The notes under the pieces: generated by a model
What the model was told of the DNA's origin: nothing
The model's database searches: none
The model's input: the letters and a program-made list of their open reading frames with translations, nothing else
In this document: positions 8,960 to 17,535 of the stretch, one piece after another
How positions within the stretch are numbered: position 1 is the stretch's first letter
How the letters are laid out: each line of letters opens with the position of its first letter
Made by a program: the position numbers and the translations under genes
NCBI RefSeq assembly: GCF_003339845.1
Contig: NZ_PPTR01000004.1
Location: forward strand, 167,719 to 231,718
DNA: 64,000 nt
Direction of reading: 5' to 3'
DNA from: Gordonibacter sp. 28C
GTDB taxonomy: Bacteria; Actinomycetota; Coriobacteriia; Coriobacteriales; Eggerthellaceae

Positions 8960-10780
8960 CTACTTGAAACCGCGACGGTGCGAGCCGGCGGTCTTCATGT
9001 GGCATCCGGCATGCCCTATGACTATCAGCTCGTTTTCCCGATCGATGTAGAAGTGAAGGCGGAAGGTGTTCTTCTGGCTCCTCCCCTTGATGTGGGCGGA
9101 GATGTCGACGGTTCGGCCGCCGTAGCTCCTCTCGCGCATCTTCATCAGATCGGCGCGCGCCCTGGTGGCGCTGCTCTCGCTGAAGGTGAGCTCGTAGCCC
9201 GTACGGCGCTGGAACTCGTCTGCGACCTGCCCCTCGCAACCGTCGTCCTCGAACAGGAGGCCGTAGAGCGCCGTCGCGGTGCTGCGGACGATATCCCATT
9301 CCTCGGCGAGGTTGCCGTCGTAGGACTTCGCGGAGTCCATTGCCTCGGGCAGGACGACGATACGTTCGGGCCAGATGGATCGCGCGAGCTTCAGGAGGTC
9401 CGTCAGGTCGCGCGGGATCGACTGGAGGCATTCGGCCACCCTCGCGGCACCGTCGTCGTCCGACGGTGCCGCGCACTGCGCCGCCTTGCGTTCGAGCGCG
9501 CGCTTCTCGCCTTCGAGGCGCTGGACGGTCCTCGTGAGCTCGTCCACCTTTGCCGTGGCGTCGGAATAGCTCCGCTCCTGGTCCGTCGCGATCTCCTCCC
9601 AGGCCTCGGCATCGGCACGCAGGCGCGCGTTCTCCGCGCGCAGCCCGTCGATATCGGCGACCGGCTCGGCTGCCGCCTTCGCGCGCGAGCGCAGGCGCTC
9701 GATGCGCTCGCCCTGCCGCTCGCTCTCGACTCGGCTGCGCAGCCACAGCACGTCGCCGATTCCGGCGACGTCGCCCGGTCGGGCGTCGATGCCGCGGCCG
9801 AGGCCCTGCATGAGCACGTTGATGAAACCGTCGCGCCCGCCCGCGGCATAGCGCTCGATCCTGTGGCGCGTGAAGAGCGTGCAGGCCGATAGAGATTCCT
9901 CGCCCGACAGGTCGATGCCCGGACGGTATACCATGACCGCGCTGCGCCCGATCCTGTAGCGCCCGGCCGGTGTCCGGTCGGGCAGCAGGTCGCGGAACGC
10001 CTGCACCAACGCGCCGTCGCGCATGTCGATGACGTACACGGTGGCCATGCCCACGAGCTTCGATGCGAGCTCGGTCGCATCCCATACGGGGGTCTTGCCG
10101 TCGTCGTCGGTCGTCATGAGGACGATCGGCAGGCAGCGCGCGCGATCGGTCAGGCTCGACATGAAATCGCGCTTTAGCGTGTCCGCGTCAAGGTATATCT
10201 CCTCGACGCTCACACGCGACGCGCCGATCCTCACGTCTAGCTTTCCGTTCGCAAGGATATCGCGCACGACGCGCGGCACGGACGGCAGCGGGTTGCGCTG
10301 GTATCCGAAAAAGCCGTTGACGGCGTAGTGCGATACCTGCACGTTGAGGATGCACCCGCCGTCTCCGGCGGGTGCGAGGCCGATCCTCGTGTGCCAGCGG
10401 CGGCGCGAGAACTCGCCGTCGAGCTCATCGGCCTCGACCGCCCATGCCGCGCCTTGCGCGCCGGATAGGCCGAGAAAGCGGACGGCCTTGGCGGCGTCGG
10501 GCTCGTCGGCGGCCGTCCAGCCCGCGGGCACCGCGATGTCCGCGGCGCCCTCCGGTACGTCCAGGCCCTTGGCGTGCAGCCAGCCCATGACGATCTCCTT
10601 CACGGCCTCGGCCGCGTCCGCGCCGTCGGCCGCTGCGACCTCGAAGCGCGCGCGGTAGTGCGGTGTCTCTCCCGATATGGTCCTCAGTGCGGGAGCCAGG
10701 GCGGGAGACGCGGGGCGCTGGACTGGGACGGCGGCAGGTTCGGGCAGCTGTGCGGCCTGCACTCCCCGGCCCCTCAGCAC
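8960..10780 (-). CDS. large hypothetical protein (~600 aa) with central coiled-coil and C-terminal RelE/ParE-like signature
   Basis: Protein-like throughout. Coiled-coil ERIERLRSRAK…RLEGEKRALERK. The C-terminus KNTFRLHFYIDRENELIVIGHAGCH matches the RelE/ParE-family terminal pattern (YRiiYriddE…VyIlrIgHR). Start is uncertain (GTG at 10780 or internal). Confidence 0.55.
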   Translation of the reverse strand: MLRGRGVQAAQLPEPAAVPVQRPASPALAPALRTISGETPHYRARFEVAAADGADAAEAVKEIVMGWLHAKGLDVPEGAADIAVPAGWTAADEPDAAKAVRFLGLSGAQGAAWAVEADELDGEFSRRRWHTRIGLAPAGDGGCILNVQVSHYAVNGFFGYQRNPLPSVPRVVRDILANGKLDVRIGASRVSVEEIYLDADTLKRDFMSSLTDRARCLPIVLMTTDDDGKTPVWDATELASKLVGMATVYVIDMRDGALVQAFRDLLPDRTPAGRYRIGRSAVMVYRPGIDLSGEESLSACTLFTRHRIERYAAGGRDGFINVLMQGLGRGIDARPGDVAGIGDVLWLRSRVESERQGERIERLRSRAKAAAEPVADIDGLRAENARLRADAEAWEEIATDQERSYSDATAKVDELTRTVQRLEGEKRALERKAAQCAAPSDDDGAARVAECLQSIPRDLTDLLKLARSIWPERIVVLPEAMDSAKSYDGNLAEEWDIVRSTATALYGLLFEDDGCEGQVADEFQRRTGYELTFSESSATRARADLMKMRERSYGGRTVDISAHIKGRSQKNTFRLHFYIDRENELIVIGHAGCHMKTAGSHRRGFK

Positions 10781-10783
10781 CCT

Positions 10784-11413
10784 TCAAATGGCCTCCTTGA
10801 ACGGGGCCTCCATAACGTCGTAGACGGTATCGGGCGACGTCACCTTCGCGACCTGCTCCAGGGCGCGCATCATGTCGTTCGCGTCGCCCTCGTTGCGGAA
10901 TACCATCACCGGGGCCGTCCCCAGATCGCCCGTGCACATGAGCGTGTAGCACCTGGCCGGCTCCGTCTCCGGAGCCTTTGTCCCCGCGGCCGCCGTCTTC
11001 TGCCCGTCCGTTTTCGATACCTTCTGCATTTCCGTCTCTTCCTTCCCCATATCCTGTGACTGTCGCGCGGCATCGGCCTCCGATGCCGCCTTTCGCGCCT
11101 GGCGCTTCTTTATCTTTCGGTCGCGGCGTTCCATCGCACGGCGCTCCTCGCGGTTTAACGGGCGCCTCGCAGTCCCCATACCGTCGTCGATGCTGCCCTC
11201 GCAGGCTTCCCTGGCCCCATCCTCAGCGAGGTCGAGGCCTTCCGCCTCCACCCACGAATCGAACTTCGCGACCGCCTCGCCTTGCGTACAGCGGTACGTT
11301 CTGATCATGAACTTGGCGTTGGGCATACGGACATGCCCCTCATAGCAGCTGTCCTCCAGCTTCCACAGCCCGGCGCGGTAGCGGTCGCCCTTTATCAGCT
11401 TACGAGTCGACAT
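10784..11413 (-). CDS. hypothetical protein
   Basis: 209-aa ORF overlapping the next gene by 14 nt. Charged central region. No family recognised. Confidence 0.55.
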   Translation of the reverse strand: MSTRKLIKGDRYRAGLWKLEDSCYEGHVRMPNAKFMIRTYRCTQGEAVAKFDSWVEAEGLDLAEDGAREACEGSIDDGMGTARRPLNREERRAMERRDRKIKKRQARKAASEADAARQSQDMGKEETEMQKVSKTDGQKTAAAGTKAPETEPARCYTLMCTGDLGTAPVMVFRNEGDANDMMRALEQVAKVTSPDTVYDVMEAPFKEAI

Positions 11414-11966
11414 GGATCGCCCCTTTCATCACCGGAGCGCCATGTCCTGCGGCGACCATGGGGGCGCCGCAGGACGGGCAACGCGTGCACACCGATACGG
11501 TCACGCGTGCGCCACATCGCCCGCAGGTGTAGGAATACAGGGCGCGGTCTCCGCGCTCCGTGCGCTCCGGGGACGCCATCAGCGAGACCGGGGCAATCAG
11601 GTCGGCCAGGCGCATCGCCGCGATTTGGTAGGAAGATCGATCCGACCACCCCTTGATATCCAGGGCAGCGAGGATGCGGGCGGTGAAGCTGTCGGCATCC
11701 AGCGTGTCGGTGGCGCGCGCCTGGCGGCGGAGGCCGGCGAGACAGCCTAGCTCGCCGCACGTCATCCCGTCGGCGTCCGGCATCGCCTCGCGGGCCGCCG
11801 CGAGCCTCACAACCGCGTGCAAGCAACCCAGATAGCCCAGACGTCCGGCGACGTCCACGGCATCGCACACCTCCTCGGCGAAACCCGCACAGTCCATGTG
11901 GTGGACGCGGGCCGCGACGGCCTGGAGTCGCAGGGCGGTGCGGACGCGCCCGGCATCGGCATCCAT
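11400..11966 (-). CDS. hypothetical protein with C-terminal zinc-ribbon (CGRCG…CTRCPSCG)
   Basis: 188-aa ORF. A strong AAGAAGGAGG RBS lies 5 nt before the ATG. Confidence 0.6.
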   Translation of the reverse strand: MDADAGRVRTALRLQAVAARVHHMDCAGFAEEVCDAVDVAGRLGYLGCLHAVVRLAAAREAMPDADGMTCGELGCLAGLRRQARATDTLDADSFTARILAALDIKGWSDRSSYQIAAMRLADLIAPVSLMASPERTERGDRALYSYTCGRCGARVTVSVCTRCPSCGAPMVAAGHGAPVMKGAIHVDS

Positions 11967-12082
11967 CTAGGCCTCCTTCTTGCCAAGATCCGCGATATAG
12001 GGCGCGACGCGGTAGCCCTGGGCGCTGTACTCGAATGCTGTCATTTCCGTTTTCCCTTCTATTCGATGGCGTTCCGACCGGC

Positions 12083-12382
12083 CTAGCGGTCCTTGCGCAG
12101 ATGCTCCTCGAGCAGCGAGCGCATGAGGTCGCTCGCACTGCGGTAGCCCTCGCGGCGGTGCTCCACCAGGTACTCCTTGAGCTGCCAGTAGAGGTCGTCG
12201 GGGACGATCACGCTCAGGCGGTGCGTCGGACCCTCAGAGGCCGCCGCCTTTTTCTCAGCTGCCGGCTCGGAGTCGGGGTTCACGACCTTCTCGACGATCG
12301 TCTCCTGGCGCTCGACCATCTCCTTGGAGGTGTCAGTGAAAAAGCTGTTGATGGCGGAGTCCGCCTTCTTAGTCCTCGCCAT
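12083..12382 (-). CDS. ribbon-helix-helix DNA-binding protein, ParG/CopG-like partition partner of ParA
   Basis: C-terminal RHH (HRLSVIVPDDLYWQLKEYLVEHR…SASDLMRSLLEEHL). Its ATG overlaps the parA stop (ATGA). Confidence 0.75.
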   Translation of the reverse strand: MARTKKADSAINSFFTDTSKEMVERQETIVEKVVNPDSEPAAEKKAAASEGPTHRLSVIVPDDLYWQLKEYLVEHRREGYRSASDLMRSLLEEHLRKDR

Positions 12383-12930
12383 TACAGCATCGCCTCCACC
12401 TTGTCCAGAATCCCCTCGATCGCGTCCGCCGCGCGGCCGCCCGGCTGCACCTCGGACACCGGTCGGTTGAACGACGCGCCGCGCTTGAACGCCTCGGCGG
12501 TCGGCACGCAGCCCAGGATGGGCAGGTCGTCGGCGGTGAGGAAGTCGGTAAAGCTGCGGTCGATGATTCGCTTGTCGGAATAGCGGTTCACGATCAGGCC
12601 GATCTCGAGCTCGGGGTTGACGCCCGTGATGAGCTGGATCGTGCGCTTCATCGCGCGAAGGCCGCGCTGGCTGGGCTCGACGGGGACGATCGCGATGTCG
12701 GCGACCTCCACGCAGCCGCCGAGCTTGTCGTTCAGATAGCCCGGGGTGTCGACGACGGTGACGGCCTTCTCGCCCTCGACGGTCTTCTGCTCGTGACTCG
12801 CGCCGCCCTGCGGGTCGAGGTTGATGAAGCCGACCTCACGCCCGCGGCGCTCGAGGCCCCAGGCGATCTCGTCGGCGAACGTCGTCTTGCCGACGCCGCC
12901 CTTTTGGTTGACCAAAACGATTGTCTTCAT
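12382..12930 (-). CDS. parA: ParA/Soj-family partition ATPase (small type Ib)
   Basis: Deviant Walker A VLVNQKGGVGKTT, at 182 aa like ParF/δ-type. Confidence 0.9.
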   Translation of the reverse strand: MKTIVLVNQKGGVGKTTFADEIAWGLERRGREVGFINLDPQGGASHEQKTVEGEKAVTVVDTPGYLNDKLGGCVEVADIAIVPVEPSQRGLRAMKRTIQLITGVNPELEIGLIVNRYSDKRIIDRSFTDFLTADDLPILGCVPTAEAFKRGASFNRPVSEVQPGGRAADAIEGILDKVEAML

Positions 12931-13082
12931 GTGTTTCCCTTCTACGGGTGCCGCCCGATTTCCGGGCGGCCTTCTCGGATATCTGCCGCCTGCCGGCGGC
13001 GGGCACGGGGCCGGCGAGTCGCTACCGGTCCCGCATCCGCCGACGGCAGGGCGCTAGGGCCCTGCCGCTGCCATATATGTAC

Positions 13083-13140
13083 CCAGTTATGCGGATGCGT
13101 AAACGCACATCTGCATACTTGTGCGGATGCGCGTTTACTT
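13083..13140 (-). promoter_or_regulatory. conserved island promoter/operator module, copy A (upstream of parA operon)
   Basis: TATGTACCCAGTTATGCGGATGCGTAAACGCACA… Read in the minus sense this is TGCGTTTACGCAT-N-GGGTACATATAT (-35 TTTACG, ~17-nt spacer, -10 TACATA). Confidence 0.5.
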
Positions 13141-13160
13141 ATTCTTGCCCGCCGGCGCCG

Positions 13161-13409
13161 CTATGCGCCGTATTCCGACGCCCTCGCGGCGCGATACGCG
13201 CGGCGCGTTTCGACCTTGCGGCAGCACTCCTTCCGTGCCGCCACCGTCCTCTCCGCCACGTCGTAGGCGTACGCGATGAGCGCGCCCGCCACCGGGAACA
13301 CGGCGCAGTTGATGTAGACATAGCTGTATGCGAGCATGAACCACATCCCGACGAGCCCCGCGACCAGCGCGGCGGCGGCGGCGACCTTCTCCCTTCCGCT
13401 CGGCTCCAT
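13161..13409 (-). CDS. small membrane protein (82 aa, 2 TM)
   Basis: Start MEPSGREK with an AGAGGGAAG RBS. Two hydrophobic helices. The longer ORF-track version runs into the promoter repeat. Confidence 0.5.
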   Translation of the reverse strand: MEPSGREKVAAAAALVAGLVGMWFMLAYSYVYINCAVFPVAGALIAYAYDVAERTVAARKECCRKVETRRAYRAARASEYGA

Positions 13410-13497
13410 TACTTCCCTCTTGCAACCGGCCATGACGGCCTCCTTCCGATATTCGGCGATCCCGCGCCGACGCGGTCGCGGCCTCCCTTGCCGCTGG

Positions 13498-13560
13498 TAT
13501 GTATGTACCCAGCTGCGCACATGCGTAAACGCACAAACACGTAAATGCGCACGTATGCGT
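13498..13560 (-). promoter_or_regulatory. conserved island promoter/operator module, copy B
   Basis: TATGTACCCAGCTGCGCACATGCGTAAACGCACAAACACG, ~90 nt upstream of the 13409 start. Confidence 0.5.
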
Positions 13561-13623
13561 CTGCGTAATTCGATAATTTGCCCAGCGGGCCGCCCGGACA
13601 CCGGTCGGCAGGCCCCTGGCCTG

Positions 13624-13692
13624 CGATTTCCATGGCCGGATGACCGGCGGGACCCCATCCGTCCCATAGGCAGCCGGGTGTGGGAAACGTGT
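13624..13692. repeat. ~70-bp conserved element R1 (paired with R2 at 14332-14400)
   Basis: GCGATTTCCATGGCCGGATGACCGGCGGGACCCCATCCGTCCCATAGGCAGCCGGGTGTGGGAAACG is ~90% identical to the copy 708 bp away. Confidence 0.6.
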
Positions 13693-13769
13693 GGAGACGG
13701 GCTACGGCATGAAAAAGCCCCGCCGTCTCCGGTGGGGCGATCACTTGAGTATGGGGTTGTACGGGTCGG

Positions 13770-14195
13770 CTAGAACGGGATGTCCTCGTCCGCAACCTCG
13801 ACGGCGGGAGCCTCGGGGACCGCATACTGCTGTCCACCATCAACCGCGGCAGCAGGAGACGCGGCAGGGCGGGAGTTCATGAACTCGATCTCGTCGACGA
13901 TGACCTCGAGCTTGCTGCGCTTCTGGCCGTCGCGCTCCCAGGAGCTATAGCGCAGCTTGCCCTCGATCGCGACCTTGCTCCCCTTGGAGATATAGCGGCC
14001 GACAGCCTCGGCGCGGGTGCCGAACATGGTACAGTCGATGTAATTGGGATAGTCCTCCCACTCGCCGGTCTGCGGGTTCTTTCGGCGATCGTTGACGGCG
14101 ATGCCGAACGAGAGCACCTGGGTGCCGGCCGCGGTGGCGCGGAGCTCGGGATCGCGGGTGAGGTTTCCGGTGATGTTGACTCGGTTGATGCTCAT
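13770..14195 (-). CDS. ssb: single-stranded DNA-binding protein
   Basis: OB-fold SSB signature (NRVNITGNLTRDPELR…KVAIEGKLRYSSWE) and an acidic C-terminal tip DEDIPF. Confidence 0.9.
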   Translation of the reverse strand: MSINRVNITGNLTRDPELRATAAGTQVLSFGIAVNDRRKNPQTGEWEDYPNYIDCTMFGTRAEAVGRYISKGSKVAIEGKLRYSSWERDGQKRSKLEVIVDEIEFMNSRPAASPAAAVDGGQQYAVPEAPAVEVADEDIPF

Positions 14196-14247
14196 TGGCT
14201 TCTATCCTTTCGGTTCCGACGGGGGGCCGATCCCCCCGCCTTCGTCG

Positions 14248-14310
14248 CCATGTATGTACCCAGATGCTCAGATGCGTAAGCGCATAGATGTGCGTTTGTG
14301 CGGCTATGTA
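14248..14310 (-). promoter_or_regulatory. conserved island promoter/operator module, copy C (ssb promoter)
   Basis: TATGTACCCAGATGCTCAGATGCGTAAGCGCATAGATGTGCG, 55 nt upstream of the ssb start. Confidence 0.5.
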
Positions 14311-14331
14311 TTGGGCTGGCACCGGAGCCCG

Positions 14332-14400
14332 GCGTTTTCCATGGCCGGATGACCGGAGGGACCCCATACGTCCCGTAGGCAGCCGGTTGTGGGAAACGCG
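14332..14400. repeat. ~70-bp conserved element R2
   Basis: Near-identical copy of R1. Same position relative to the promoter module (R → P → gene in the minus sense). Confidence 0.6.
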
Positions 14401-14449
14401 TAGCGATTCCTCCGGTTCGGTTCTCGCCCAGTTTGAATCACGGGGCGGT

Positions 14450-14881
14450 TCAGAAGGCGTGCGTTCGGCGCCGGTTAGGGTCCGGGGCCGGCTCTACACG
14501 TGGGACGCATATGGCGCCGCTGAAGGATGCCTCGTCGTAGGCGTCGCGCAGTGCGGCGACTAGGCATTCGCGTGTAACGTAGAAGTCCGGCTCCCATTTC
14601 TCGCCGTCGCCGCCCGTCACCCGATACCATCCCTCGCCCTGCCAGACCTTCTCGACCGCCTGATCGATCACAGAGATTTCGGCGTAGGGCAGATGGATCT
14701 CGCCGGCATCCCCGTAGGCACCGCGAAGGTCGTCGGCAAGGTCCGCTTCGGTTCCATACCATGTGGCCGGATACGATCCCATCCCGTCGGTGAAGCAGAT
14801 TCGGTACCAGCCCTCGCCCTGCCAGCATTCCTCCAGATCGGCAGCGACGGCGCGCCCGATCTCGTCATCGTCCGTATACAT
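14450..14881 (-). CDS. hypothetical protein with internal tandem ~45-aa repeat (W-Q-G-E-G-W-Y-R motif twice)
   Basis: Start MYTDDDEIG with an AAGGAG RBS. EECWQGEGWYRICFTDG… and EKVWQGEGWYRVTGGDG… are two homologous halves. Confidence 0.6.
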   Translation of the reverse strand: MYTDDDEIGRAVAADLEECWQGEGWYRICFTDGMGSYPATWYGTEADLADDLRGAYGDAGEIHLPYAEISVIDQAVEKVWQGEGWYRVTGGDGEKWEPDFYVTRECLVAALRDAYDEASFSGAICVPRVEPAPDPNRRRTHAF

Positions 14882-15071
14882 GGCTGCTCCTTGCCCAAGT
14901 CGTTCATTCGGTATTACCAGTTGATACCCCGTTCGGGCGCATCGGAAACAGCCGATTCCGATGCGGACGGGAAGATACGGACAGGCGGCCTTCCTCCCCG
15001 ATCTCAATTTAGCGGGCATGAGCGGGGGCGATTCGGGGTAAACGGCTCTCTAGGGAAGCCGTGGGAGCGGG

Positions 15072-15803
15072 ATGGAACGGAAACGGAAGGATATGGACAT
15101 GGCTACGGATCACGACACGGTGTCGCCCATCGAGCACGATGAGACGGCGAACCTGAGGCTCGCGCTGATGGAACGATGGAGGGAGTCCTGCGGGCGCGTG
15201 GCCGAGAGGTTCGGACGCCGCAGCGACATCCCCTTCTACTCGAGCGCGCTGTCGGCACTCGCCGGCGAGTGCGCCGACGACATGGGCAAGTCCGGCAGGG
15301 TTGCCGAGGCGGCCGTCGCCATGCTCGCCGACGCGCTCATGGAAAAGGACCCGCGGGGATATGCGGACAGCGCCGAGGCTGCCGCCAGGGAGCTCGAACG
15401 CCTCGTCTCGTCGATCGCATACGCGGACGCACTCGGACGCCTGCGCGCAGCAAACTCGACGTTCGAGACGCGCATCCTTGGGGAGATCGACGGAACCGAC
15501 CCGGATGCACTGCCGGCGGTGCCGGATGGCCTCGTCGGACCGTCGGATACGGCCACCTGCACGATCGATATCCTCGGCGGGTCGCAGGAGGACAACCGCG
15601 AGGTGCTGGACACCTGCGGCGCCATGATGATGAACGAGGATCCCGATATCGGAGACTTCTGCTTCATCACGTTCATGCTGCGCGACGGCTCGCCCAAGAC
15701 GGGTATCTTCTGCAAGATATGCGACTCCCGCCGCGTGCAGGACGCTTGGGAGCGGGCCTATTCCGACTACACGAACGGCAACCGCATCGGGTCGGCCGAA
15801 TAG
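15072..15803 (+). CDS. hypothetical protein
   Basis: 243-aa plus-strand ORF, protein-like and acidic. Starts ATG (MERKRKD…) or MDMATDH. No family recognised. Confidence 0.55.
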   Translation: MERKRKDMDMATDHDTVSPIEHDETANLRLALMERWRESCGRVAERFGRRSDIPFYSSALSALAGECADDMGKSGRVAEAAVAMLADALMEKDPRGYADSAEAAARELERLVSSIAYADALGRLRAANSTFETRILGEIDGTDPDALPAVPDGLVGPSDTATCTIDILGGSQEDNREVLDTCGAMMMNEDPDIGDFCFITFMLRDGSPKTGIFCKICDSRRVQDAWERAYSDYTNGNRIGSAE

Positions 15804-15963
15804 GCATGGCCATAGGCCGCCTGCTGCGCGGTGAGACCGCAGCGCGGGCGGTACCGCCCCGGATGCCCTCCCCGTTGGGATCGCAGGGCGGTATCCAGGG
15901 TGGGAGACGGCGGGGGTATCGCGCGCGTGGCGCGCGATACCGAGCGGGAGGGAGGTCCGGCAC

Positions 15964-16131
15964 GTGGGCGGATGCAGCAGGTTCGACGCCAAGGTCGTCC
16001 CCATAGCGGTCGAGACCGACCGAAAGTGCGGGCTCAACACCCCGAGGGCAATCGTGTGCGACGGGCGGCGCTTCGAGATCGCCAGGGTCGGCGCGACGCT
16101 GCCCTGCCCCAGCATGTTCGGCAAGGATTGA
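15964..16131 (+). CDS. possible small Cys-containing protein (55 aa)
   Basis: GTG start 8 nt after GGGAGGGAGG. Translation VGGCSRFDAKVVPIAVETDRKCGLNTPRAIVCDGRRFEIARVGATLPCPSMFGKD has 4 Cys. Weak support. Confidence 0.25.
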   Translation: MGGCSRFDAKVVPIAVETDRKCGLNTPRAIVCDGRRFEIARVGATLPCPSMFGKD

Positions 16132-16148
16132 GAAAGAGAGATGCCGCA

Positions 16149-16901
16149 ATGCGGAAAGACACCTACAGGATTGGCGACGGGACGTTCGCGTTCTCCCCCG
16201 CCGTGTTCGATTCGTTGCTAGGACACGGCGCCAAAGGCGCCGCCAGGATGCGGGAGCTCGCGGGCGCGATGCACGTCTCGATCTCATCGATCAAGGACTG
16301 GCGGCGCGGGACGCACGCTCCGAGCGACTTCGAGAAGGTCGAGGATATCGCCTGCTGGGCGCACATCGACGTCGCCGACCTCCTCATAGAATCAGGAGAT
16401 AGGACCATGGACGAAAAACTCACCGAAAACCAGCTGGATGTGCTCTGCGTGCTATGGAACCAGGCCTACGACTTCCTCGACCTGTGCGAGGAGACCGATC
16501 ATTTCGTCTGGCCGACTACAGACCTGCGCTGCGTGCCGGACTCGATTCTGCACGACATCAAGGTGAACCCGGAAGACGATAAGTCCCGTCCTCCCTGGGA
16601 GATCGGCACCGAGGACCTGTTCCTCCAGACGCTCGACGTGTACCTCCGCGCGTGCCGACGCGCGACCCCATATGTCGGGGAGAGCGATATCTTCGTCAGG
16701 CTCCTGGGCCTCTGCGACATCATGACCGAGACCGCCTTCGGCGAGGACGACGGCAAATGGCTGCCAGACCCGGATATGATTTTCGACCCGCATGAGGATG
16801 GATACGTCAGCCCGATGGAGGCCGCGGAGCTCAAGTGCAGGAAGCTGCTCGATGAGATCAGGAATGACCTGTTGGCGCTACGCCCGACGGCGGGTAAATA
16901 A
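16149..16901 (+). CDS. XRE-family helix-turn-helix transcriptional regulator with C-terminal domain
   Basis: MRKDTYRIGDG start. HTH LAGAMHVSISSIKDWRRG. Followed by a terminator. Confidence 0.7.
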   Translation: MRKDTYRIGDGTFAFSPAVFDSLLGHGAKGAARMRELAGAMHVSISSIKDWRRGTHAPSDFEKVEDIACWAHIDVADLLIESGDRTMDEKLTENQLDVLCVLWNQAYDFLDLCEETDHFVWPTTDLRCVPDSILHDIKVNPEDDKSRPPWEIGTEDLFLQTLDVYLRACRRATPYVGESDIFVRLLGLCDIMTETAFGEDDGKWLPDPDMIFDPHEDGYVSPMEAAELKCRKLLDEIRNDLLALRPTAGK

Positions 16902-17031
16902 GGCTAGTTCCGCCAGATAGCACGACGGCCCCGCCCTCGGAGGGACTGCGCAGCGATGATCGATTCCGAGTTCGCATATAAGCGTTCGACATGGCGATGA
17001 TTGATTGATTCCATATCCAGATTTCAAGACA

Positions 17032-17059
17032 GGGGCCGTTTTCGGCCCCGTCCTTTTCC
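17032..17059 (+). terminator. rho-independent terminator
   Basis: GGGGCCG-TTTT-CGGCCCC followed by GTCCTTTTCC. Confidence 0.55.
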
Positions 17060-17087
17060 CGAACCCGGTCCGGCGATTTTTCCGCGG

Positions 17088-17125
17088 CGTGCGTTTACGT
17101 TTCCCCTCAGGGGGTACAAGGACTA
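17088..17125 (+). promoter_or_regulatory. conserved island promoter module, plus-strand copy J
   Basis: TGCGTTTACGTTTCCCCTCAGGGGGTACAAGGA has the same TTTACG-N13-GGGTACA architecture, ~50 nt upstream of the 17173 start. Confidence 0.45.
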
Positions 17126-17172
17126 CCGAGCGGGCGGCATGGGGCCGCCCGGCGCGCATATGGGAGGACTAT

Positions 17173-17535
17173 ATGGAAACGCTCTTCGTGACGGAGTCGC
17201 GCGAGCTGCTGTTCACGGGAACCGAGGATATCGACGTGCGACCGCTCCATTCGCCGGTACTGCATTACGAGGGAGACAGCCGGGAGGTGGCACTGCGGGC
17301 GGCACACGAGGCCGCGGCGGCCTCCAGGGTCGAGGCCTGCCAGCGCGGTTTCGCCCGGTGGGTCACCACCGTGAGCGAAATCACGCTCGACGGCGAGGAG
17401 TTCACGGAAAGCGAGGAGACGGTCAACACCGTCGATCCGCTCGACCGCGTGCCCGAGCTGCGCACGCTCGCGCGCGAGGCGGCCGCGAGACACGCGGACG
17501 GGAAGATCATCCGCGATATCGCCGGGCATACGTAG
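17173..17535 (+). CDS. hypothetical protein (120 aa); frame continues in-frame past its TAG stop
   Basis: GGGAGGA RBS, start METLFVTESR. TAG at 17533-17535. Confidence 0.6.
   Translation: METLFVTESRELLFTGTEDIDVRPLHSPVLHYEGDSREVALRAAHEAAAASRVEACQRGFARWVTTVSEITLDGEEFTESEETVNTVDPLDRVPELRTLAREAAARHADGKIIRDIAGHT

Noticed and set aside
7984-8967. 327-aa plus-strand ORF starting with an excellent RBS (AGGAGGGTCATATG)
   Set aside because: Only the first ~45 residues look protein-like. After that the frame is Arg-rich noise, runs straight through a minus-strand terminator hairpin and is antisense to a convincing gene (8413..8778). A short real gene may start at 7984, but its end cannot be determined, so the long ORF is treated as a GC-rich artefact.
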